From the NCBI GenBank assembly GCA_043228905.1, contig JBHGNT010001028.1, positions 1-12,837 on the forward strand: a DNA stretch of 12,837 nt, in the 5' to 3' direction. Under the pieces are notes generated by a model that worked only from the letters and a program-made list of their open reading frames with translations, was not told the origin of the DNA and searched no databases. The stretch comes from Azolla caroliniana (taxonomy: Eukaryota > Plantae > Polypodiophyta). Numbering within the stretch: position 1 is the stretch's first letter; each line of letters begins with the position of its first letter. Shown here piece after piece: positions 1-7,461 of this stretch. The position numbers and the translations under genes are program-made.

Positions 1-2
1 AT

Positions 3-92
3 GAAGGCCTTTCCCCAAACATTATCACCTTCATTGGCATCTTGAAGGCTTGTGGTAGCTAAAGAGATATAGAAAAAGGTAACAAGATATGC
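3..92 (+). pseudogene. PLS-class pentatricopeptide repeat (PPR) gene fragment, L-type motif, pseudogenised; probably continues upstream of the window
   Basis: Frame +3 reads EGLSPNIITFIGILKACGS*RDIEKGNKIC, matching the plant PPR pattern 'EGxxPxxxTFxxILKACGSxxxxxxGxxIH'. In-frame TAA at 60-62. Similarity is lost after ~92. Not in the ORF track. Confidence 0.85.
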
Positions 93-244
93 AATGTTCA
101 TTGTAATAGTGAACTATTTTGTATATGGCCTTTGGCCACTTTAATTTTAATACCAATGGAGGATATTTTTTATGGAAAAAGAAAAAATTATTTGTATTCA
201 AACTTTTTTGCATCAATACATTTAATTTAGTCTCTTACTTTTAG

Positions 245-885
245 TGTTCGGAGTTAACAACTTAGTACTATACTCCCATTAACGTCTATACTAATTGTGT
301 ATTCACATGTTTTTTGTATTCTTAAATAACCACTTAGTATTGTCTAGTGTCCTCCCATGTGCATTAACGCTAACTGTGTATTCAAAAGATGTTTAGTAAT
401 CTTTTCCACAACTTAGCATTGTCTTGCTTGAAAGCATCAACACTAATTTTGTCATTTCAACTATGTTTTAGTATTCTTAAATAACAACTTAATATTGTCC
501 TATCATGTGCATCAATGCTAATTGTCTATTTACCCATGTTAAGTACTCTTAAATAACAACTTGAACTATTCTCCCATGTGCATCAGTACTAATTGGCTAT
601 TCACCTATAATAGCACTCTTAAATAACAACTTAGTATACAAGTTAGTACTATCCTCAAATGTGCATATGTACTATTTGGCTATTCACCTATAATAGCACT
701 CTTAAATAACAACTTAGTATTGTCCTCCAGTGTACATCAATTCTAAGTTTCTATTTAGTCATGTTAAGTACTCTTAAATAATTTAACTTAGTATTGTCCT
801 CCCATGTGCATCGATCCTAATTGTCTATTAAGCTATGTTAAGTATTCTTAAATAACAACTTAGTATTGTCCTCCGGTGTGTATCT
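245..885. repeat. Degenerate AT-rich tandem repeat, ~72-bp unit, about 9 copies
   Basis: Anchor CTTAAATAACAACTTAGTATTGTCCTCCCATGTGCATC recurs at ~250 (degenerate), 321, 401 (degenerate), 476, 548, 618, 701, 773 and 847, with spacings of 70-83 bp. The intervening sequence (CTAATTGTCTATT...CTATGTTAAGTA) is also homologous between units. Confidence 0.93.
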
Positions 886-2336
886 GTAGGAGAACTCATG
901 TCAATTCCCTCCTTTTGCAAAAAGCTTGAGAATTGGTTGAAAAAATACTCTTTTCTGCCATCGGTCCTAAGGTACTTGATCTTCCGGCCCATCTCCCGTT
1001 CGACAAGGCTCTTCACCCATAAGAAAGACTTCGCTTTTCTTCTTGATCAAGCATGCCCAGTTGTGCCGAGTGTAGTCGTCGATGAAGGTTACAAAGCAAC
1101 GACTCCCACCTATACTCACATTCTGTGTTGGTCCCCACACATCCGAGTGGATAAAATCGAGCTTGTTTCGGCTCCGATTATGCTCATTGGGGAATGGAAG
1201 TCAGTGATGCTTCCCTAACTGGCAAGCTTCACAAACTTGGCCCTTCCAGCCACTGAATTTTGGCATACCGAAAATGATGTTCTTCGTTTGCATTTCTCGA
1301 AGCCACGGGAAGTTGACATGGCCGAACAGCTTGTGCCACAGGTCGATGTCCGTGTAGACCTTTTGACCGTTGGTGAACATATCAGTGCCTACGTCATTCA
1401 TCTTAAGGATAAACATCCTCCCTTCTCGACGCCTTTTTGTGATGATTTTGCCTTCCTCTTCACTAAAGGACCCCTGATGAGTGAATCGGACCTGCATAGC
1501 TTGGTCGACGATTTGATCGATTGACATTAGGTTCTTGGTTATCGTTGGGACATGTAGGACATTCCTCCTTATCCTTTTTTGGCTGACATGGCTCAAGGGG
1601 GCGTCTCTAATGTGTTCAATAGGGTGAGGGGTGCCGTCTCCGGTTTGAATGACCCCTAGCTGTTCCAACTTCTCAAGATGGGAGAACCATTCTTCATGGT
1701 TCGTCATGTGGTTGGAAGCCCCAGAATCCATATACCACGCCTCGTTCAGCTTCGAGGTGCTCATCTTCATCGAGTTGACTTTGTGCTCCATGAAAAATGC
1801 AAGGCCTGTTCCGGCTCCTCTTGAGCCTTCAGCATAGTGCGATCTCTGTCGCCTCTTAGAGTCGGCTTTGCTCAATCCGGCTTTGTCCGAATCAACCTGT
1901 TTCTTGCTTGTGGCCCTTTCGACCACAATTCCAGCAATTAGTGGCTTTATTTTGCTAGCTGCTCGTGGCGGGTCCACTACTATCGGCACCTCCTCTGTGC
2001 CTATGGTTTTGCTCTTGTCGGCTGCTACCATTGCGTGCCGATCCACCGCGTCAACCATGACCATGGGGCCTCTCTGCCTCTGTGTACAACATCTTGTTGT
2101 CTGTGTGTATCCTCGTCGATGCACTTGTGTGATTTTCTTCAACCAGGAGCATCGATTTCAACTCAAAGAAGGACGGGGTATTCTCCCTCATGCAGACCGT
2201 CGTCTGGAATGATCCAAACTTCTACACCAAACCACCAAGGTAGACTTGCATCATCTTCTCCTCCTCTTCAACCATCACGTTGATAGACCCGAGCGAGTCA
2301 CAGATCTCCTTGATCTTGGAGGTGTAATCAACCACC
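871..2336 (-). mobile_element. Ty1/copia retrotransposon fragment A: gag C-terminal half, zinc knuckle, protease, GAG-pre-integrase and N-terminal half of integrase; decayed and truncated at both ends
   Basis: Minus-strand translation across stops and frameshifts gives gag DYTSKIKEICDSLGSINV...FFELKSMLLVEENH; knuckle CWNCGRKGH (1910-1936); protease WYMDSGASNHMT; LWHKLFGHVN...CEACQLGKH; IHSDVWGP...FVTFIDDYTR; KIKYLRTDGRKEY...HEFSYRYTPE. Protease-integrase order is copia-type. Confidence 0.95.
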
Positions 2337-2433
2337 TTTTGGGAATTGAGGTCGTTAGTGCAGAAACATTAACAACATCTTGACTTGAAGATCATTGTGT
2401 GTACAAGTGAAAGGCAAGTTCAAAGAACAGAAT

Positions 2434-2451
2434 GAGAGAGAGAGAGAGAGA
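2434..2451. repeat. (GA)9 microsatellite inside the LTR
   Basis: Read directly from the sequence. Confidence 0.95.
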
Positions 2452-2510
2452 CAAAGAGTCACACATTGATATGTAATAGTTACAAATGAATGGTGGCATT
2501 AACCAAGATG

Positions 2511-2525
2511 AACAACAACAACAAC
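2511..2525. repeat. (AAC)5 microsatellite inside the LTR
   Basis: Read directly from the sequence. Confidence 0.9.
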
Positions 2526-2664
2526 TTTTTAATTAGATTACAAAGCCCGTTATATACTAATTGGGCTAGGGAAACTACCCTTTGACATATTTACAAAGAT
2601 GTCCTAAACCTAGACTATCCAAAGGGACAGTGTGAATACGGCCATTAGAGACCCGTATTCGACA

Positions 2665-2671
2665 CTCCCTC
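2665..2671 (-). promoter_or_regulatory. Polypurine tract (plus-strand primer) of copia element B
   Basis: Minus-strand GAGGGAG abuts the TG of the LTR, downstream of the RNase H coding region. Confidence 0.8.
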
Positions 2672-2719
2672 GTAATGGGCATATACACCAAAACTCTGTA
2701 AAAGAATAAATTAGAGTTG

Positions 2720-2890
2720 TCGAACATATCGGTTTTGTTCGAATCAGCAAAATCTGGAAACAAAAGGCCGAGCCAGTCGGGGTCAGAAGAACTAAAGTCA
2801 AGCTTCGAACATATCGGTTTTGCTCGAATCGGCAAAATCCGAAAACAAAAGGCCGAGTCAGAAGAACTAAAGCCGAGCTTTGAACTATCG
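2720..2890. repeat. Tandem duplication in the 3' UTR of copia B (85-bp and 75-bp units plus a partial third)
   Basis: TCGAACATATCGGTTTTG(T/C)TCGAATC...CAAAAGGCCGAG...TCAGAAGAACTAAAG starts at 2720 and 2805. The second unit is 10 bp shorter. A partial third copy TTGAACTATCG starts at 2880. Confidence 0.92.
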
Positions 2891-3059
2891 ATGTCGATTG
2901 TCCAAGAACATCGTGAATGGTAATATGCGACATTATCAGTTGTAGATATCTTCTTGGTGCTGATTTTCCCTGAAATGATGTAGTCCTGAACGAAGTGATA
3001 TCGAATGTCCATGTGTTTCGAGGCATTGTGTTGAACCGGATTTTTTGACAGAGGGACAA

Positions 3060-3554
3060 TGTCACAGACATGACAACAATCATGTCAAGATTTGAACTCC
3101 TAACCTCTTGTATATAATCAAGTGTTGTGTTCTAACCAACACATCCAAATATATGGTCATGTTATGTATATCTTAGTAGATTATTAGTAGATTATCTATT
3201 TCAAGTTCTTGGAGTTTTTAGAAAGTTCTAGAGGGTTCTAGAATATTCTAATGCATGTACTTTGACTCACAGTATAAATACTTGTAACCTCCTTGGTCCC
3301 TTTTAAGGGATTCAACGCCACTCACTGACACATCAATCTAGTTTTTCTCGTTTCATTCCATATTTTCTCCTTGATCTTCATATGTGTCTTCATGCGTTTG
3401 TATTGTTCCTAGTGCCTTAAGTTCCTCATCTCGTCGCTCCCAACTTCCTGAGTTTCTAGCCTCATCACGTTGAGTTCCACATTCGTAACCTTATTGGTCA
3501 TGGCCTCGTGTCATTTGTGCTTTGTCTTAGTCTAGTGTTGGTGTGTCTGTGACA
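3060..3554 (+). mobile_element. Solo LTR (495 bp) with 5-bp target-site duplication
   Basis: Starts TGTCACAGACA (3060-3070) and ends TGTCTGTGACA (3544-3554), a perfect 11-bp inverted pair. GACAA flanks both sides (3055-3059, 3555-3559). Removing it and one TSD restores the RNase H frame YIDRQGVVPLSKNPVQHNASKHMDIRYHF. TATAAATA at 3273-3280 and upstream TTCTAGA repeats suggest + orientation. Confidence 0.92.
3273..3280 (+). promoter_or_regulatory. Putative TATA box of the solo LTR
   Basis: TATAAATA in mid-LTR, followed by a pyrimidine-rich R/U5-like region. Confidence 0.6.
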
Positions 3555-6500
3555 GACAACACCTTGTCTGTCAATGTAGAAAATTGGAGCTTAGCCAAAC
3601 TTGGCTTGTCGAAACGTGCAAGCCCGTCGACCGAGCCATAAGGCCTCTTTCGCCACGTCGGATGCGGCTACGTATTCGACCTCGGTCATTGATGTGGCAA
3701 TGCACTCCTGAAGTTTCGATTTCCACGAGATCGTGCCATTGCCCAATTTGAAACAATAACCGGTTGTCAATTTTCAATTGCCCCCACATCCGGCAAAGTC
3801 CGAGTTAGTGTATCCGACTATGCCTGAATAGTCGTTCGGGATGAATAGGACACCAAAGTCTTTTGTGCCCACAAGGTATCTGAACACATGGTTAACTATG
3901 TTCCAGTGCAATCGACTGGGATTGTGCATGAATCTGCTGATGAATCCTACAGCGTGAGCAATGTCAATTTGTGTAGCGACCATCGCTTACATCAAGGAGC
4001 CAACTGTCAGTGCATATGGTACCGACTTCTTAACTTCCCCCTCTGAACCAGATGTCGAGCAGTCTCACTAAGACAGTTGAACGCTAATGGGAAGTGGGGT
4101 CGAAGCATATTTGGCTGATTGCATGTTGAAGCGTTCCAAGACACGTCCAATATAGTCGGATTGAGAAAGAAACAAAGGTCGGCGATTCTGATTCCGACTT
4201 ATTTTCATGTTGAGAATGTGTCTTGCTGGACCGAGATCCTTCATGGCTAACTTCAACCGCAGTTGCCGAACAAGTTCAACGAGCTCTCTGGCATGTCTAC
4301 CGGAGAGTAGCATGCCGTCCACGTAGATCATGAGGAAGATGGGTGACCCATCTCAAGTTGTTTTCGTGAAGAGGTAGTGGTCCTCATCGCTCTTGGAGAA
4401 GCGAATTGATTGGATGAAGTTGTCGAACCTCTTATACCATTGTCTCAATGCCTGCATTAGGCCGTATAGACTCTTCAAAAGTCAGTAGACTAGATGTTCT
4501 TGGCCCACTGCCACAAAGACTTTCGGATGCTCCATATAAATTTCCTCCTCTAAGTCACTGTGGAGGAATGCCCTTTTTACATCTAGCTGAATCAGCTCCC
4601 GATTTTTTGGTAATTCGACCAAGTCCCAAGTTTTGTTTGCCCAAATGGAGTTCATTTCCAACTCCATCACCAAATGCCATGTGGCAGATTCGGCTTATGC
4701 CAATGCTTCTTTGCATGATGTTGGTTTACTGACATTTGTAAAGAAGATTCCATGAGAGTACCTCTTTAGGGGTTGCAACAGTCTCTCGGATTTTCGAGGT
4801 ATGACTAGAGTAGTCGCATCGGGTGTCGGAGTCGGATGGCCCAAAGTCGAATTGTTCGGTTGTGCCGAGTCGGTTCTAGAGGATTCCGCTACCCGTGAAG
4901 CAGACCTCGTGTTATGGGTTGGGCCTTCGTGAAAGGTTGGCACATCTGAAAAGGTAACCCTTCAGAGTTTAATAGGTCGTTCGACCATCTTGTGCATATC
5001 TCATTGAACACAACGTCAGAACTTGGATGATCTGTTTGTGCTCAGGATCCCAGAGTCGGTATCCGAATTCACTATCTGGTCCATAACCAAGGAAAATGCA
5101 TTTCCTAGACCTTGGAATAAGTTTGTGGTGATCGTCTTTCGGTATGAGGGTGTGTGCCTCGCAACCCCGAAAATCCTCAGCTTGTCATAATTCGGCTTGC
5201 TGCCGGTCCATAATTCCTGAGGTACTTGAAGTCCTAGAGGCCTACTTGGCGACATGTTAATTATGTGTGCTACCATAAGTAGGGCCTCTGCCGAGAAGCC
5301 ATCCAACAACCTAGAGTGTTGGAGCATGGAAACTATATGTTCTTGAATTGTCCAATTCATTCGTTCTGCAATTCCATTTTGCTCCGGAATATAGGGTGCC
5401 ATATATTCACGTCTAATGCCGCATTGTCGGCAAAATCTAATGAATTCTCCATACTTGAACTCTCCTCCGTTTACAGTCCGAAGGCATTTTAGTTTTCGAC
5501 TAGATTGATTTTCTACCATAGCGAGCCATTTGGAAAAGATCGAGAACACCCGATCTTTGGTTTTGATCGGATAAGCCCACACCTTTCGGGTCGAATCGTT
5601 GATAAAACTTACGAAGTACAAGGCACCGCCGAGAGACTGATGTGGCATAGGGCCATAGATGTCTGAGAGGACCAAATCAAGTGGACTCGATTCTCTTGGT
5701 GCTGCTATCAGGTGTGAAGCGGCTATCTGTTGGCCATACTTACAATGCTTGTAGAATTGTTGATCGGAGAAGGAGAGTTTGGGGATGTATCCGGCTCTAG
5801 ATAGATGCATTATGTTGGCCTTGTTGATGTGTCTAAGTCATCCATGCCATAGTGATGACACGGGAATATCAACCAGGAACAAGTCACCCTCTCTAAGTGT
5901 GATATATAGCGGGTACAGAGAACGTACTTTCGGTTCTCAAGCAAGCAAGAGGTTCCCCCTGTGGTCTTCATCGTCTTTGTCCAATTTTCCGAATGAGATC
6001 GAAGGTCTTGAGAGCTTAGGTACGTGCCAGACATTGTGTAGTACTAATGTAGAACCACCTGGAAGATTAAGTTCTATTGTGTCGATTCCGATAATAGCAC
6101 AGTGTTGTGAGTTTCCGACACGGACTGAGTCGGAATGTCGGGTCGAATATTGCCGAAACTGGGATCTGTGAGGGGTCACATGGTAGGACACACCCGAATC
6201 CAAGAGCCATGAGCTCGATTCCTCAATCGTGAGCAGAACTTGTGATTCCATTGGGTTTTCAATGGATAGTATGTTCGGGTCGTTCAACAATACTTTGAGT
6301 GAAGAGCCGACGGAATTGACCTCCTCATGCTGACCACTCTATTTATCTGCTCGCTAAGCCTTATCATTCATGGCTTTGAGTGCACGGCAATCAACTTTGA
6401 TGTGCCCGGGTTTCTTGTAGTAGTTGTAGGTTTGATTGTCCCGGGACTTGCTCAGACTTCACTGATTCTTTGGCTGTCATGAAGAACTTCTTCCTCGACT

Positions 6501-6950
6501 GTTTGGTCACTCGGAGGAACCTTGTACTACATAAGCTTCATCAGTCGAATCTTTTGCAAATGATTTCCTCCGAGCTGCTTCACTTAGTATTGCACTCGTA
6601 ACTTCGGAGTACTTCACAACCGTAGTAGAAGTGTCGCACACAGTTGTGACGAAAGTTTCCTACAAAGGGGTGAGACTATTCATGACCAACATTGCTCTTA
6701 ATTCGTCCTCAATTGTCGTCCCCTAAGCCAAAATTTGGGAGCTTAAGCTTTCGTACTCGTTCAAGTGTGCATGGACCGAGTCAGATTCTTTCATCCGAAG
6801 GTTGTAAAGGCGTCGAATTAGATATATCTTCGTGGCAACGACCTTCTTCTCATAAGTGTGTGATAATGTCTTCCATAGTTGAAAGGTTGTCAAATACGTT
6901 TGCATATGAAGTACACTAACTCCGGCAAGTGCATCCGAATGGTGGCTCAA

Positions 6951-7401
6951 TGTTGTTCGGTCGACAATTGCTATTTTGCCGACACAGTATAAGACGAACG
7001 TTCGAGTCGAACGTTCTATCAAGAAGTTGTGGTTAGACGGATAGATACGAATTAGCTATAAACTTATTGGTGATAACAGACACCAAGATCATGACTTATG
7101 TAATATAGCTTAAACAGAAATAAACAGATGACAAGAAGTAATCCGTACACAGATATTTCCTAAACAAACTTTATATTACTAAATACAACGATAGATTTTT
7201 ACAATGCCTTCGGTTCCTTTTATAGGTAACCCGAAGGTCTTTTCTCATCAAGAAATCCTACTGCTTATACTTGACAAGAATTACAAAACTTCATAACTAA
7301 CTATGTCCTATTTGGCTATTTGCTGAGTCATCGATCCAAACTGTCGATCCGACTCCGAACATCTTTCCGATACCGACACATTCATACTTGTCCGGGTAAC
7401 A
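6951..7401 (-). mobile_element. Putative 3' LTR (~451 bp) of the Ty3/gypsy element, inserted into gag of copia B
   Basis: Copia gag homology (ATIRMHL) stops near 6950. On the minus strand the segment starts TGTTACCCGG (7401) and ends CCGAACAACA (6951), a 7/10 terminal inverted match. It is AT-rich, non-coding and contains CCTATAAAAGG. No second copy is in the window, so the 7401 boundary is inferred. Confidence 0.7.
7207..7237 (-). promoter_or_regulatory. TATA box (CCTATAAAAGG, 7216-7226) enclosed by an inverted repeat in the gypsy LTR
   Basis: CCTTCGG (7207-7213) and CCGAAGG (7231-7237) are complementary and flank the TATA motif. Confidence 0.6.
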
Positions 7402-7461
7402 CTTGGCATGCCCGTGGGCCAGGACGTTGTCCAGCAAACCCACAGGACCTCTTTACTCGTG

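Larger units (their letters stand above)
2337..2664 (-). mobile_element. 3' LTR of copia element B (~328 bp), inserted in gag of copia A
   Basis: On the minus strand the PPT GAGGGAG is followed directly by TGTCGAATA at 2664. There is a TATA-like TATATAA near 2550-2557 and a (CT)9 tract. Gag homology of element A resumes at 2336. The left boundary is inferred because the terminus reads ...CCCAAAA rather than ...CA. Confidence 0.75.
2925..6950 (-). mobile_element. Ty1/copia retrotransposon B internal region (gag-PR-INT-RT-RNase H), Tnt1/Tork-like by recall; heavily decayed, interrupted by the solo LTR at 3060-3554 and cut in gag at 6950
   Basis: gag KIYLIRRLYNLRMKESDSV; decayed knuckle YNYYKKPGHIKVDC (~6385-6430); protease WLLDSGVSYHVTP; integrase LDLVLSDIYGP...LKCLRTVNGGEF...PEQNGIAERMN; RT QLDVKRAFLHSDLEEEIYM and IYVDGML; RNase H GYTNSDFAG, ISWKSKLQ...TEVEYVA and KHMDIRYHF. 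Catalytic motifs are mutated, with many stops and frameshifts. Confidence 0.96.

Noticed and set aside
31-216. 61-aa minus-strand ORF
   Set aside because: AT-rich, low-complexity chance ORF antisense to the PPR relic.
245-885. CRISPR-like array (conserved ~30-nt core recurring about every 72 bp)
   Set aside because: The would-be spacers are homologous to each other, the cores are degenerate, there are no cas genes, and the context is plant nuclear DNA.
1474-1500. CTGATGAG hammerhead-ribozyme-like core
   Set aside because: It lies antisense within pol codons (RFTHQG), and I see no stem II followed by GAAA or flanking stems.
1937-2142. N-terminal part of the 313-aa ORF 1201..2142 as real protein
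   Set aside because: The true gag and zinc knuckle lie in another frame. The ORF enters the pol frame only after a small deletion near 1900.
898-2283. Plus-strand ORFs (898..1218, 1237..1524, 1649..1837, 1868..2212, 2035..2283)
   Set aside because: Antisense shadows of copia A gag-pol with no independent motifs.
2326-2340. Primer-binding site (TGGT) after the LTR at 2337, which would make it a 5' LTR of copia A
   Set aside because: TGGT is not followed by ATCAGAGC and is explained by gag codons (V-V-D-Y). The LTR is preceded by a PPT and the RNase H of element B.
2575-2925. C-terminal extensions of ORFs 2575..3012 and 2610..3083, and ORF 2717..2923
   Set aside because: They run through the 3' UTR tandem repeat and LTR. 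Only the RNase H part (2925-3059) is genuine.
3081-3145. Functional tRNA gene
   Set aside because: No convincing acceptor stem, an 8-nt anticodon-like loop and a weak T-stem. Kept only as a tRNA-like motif.
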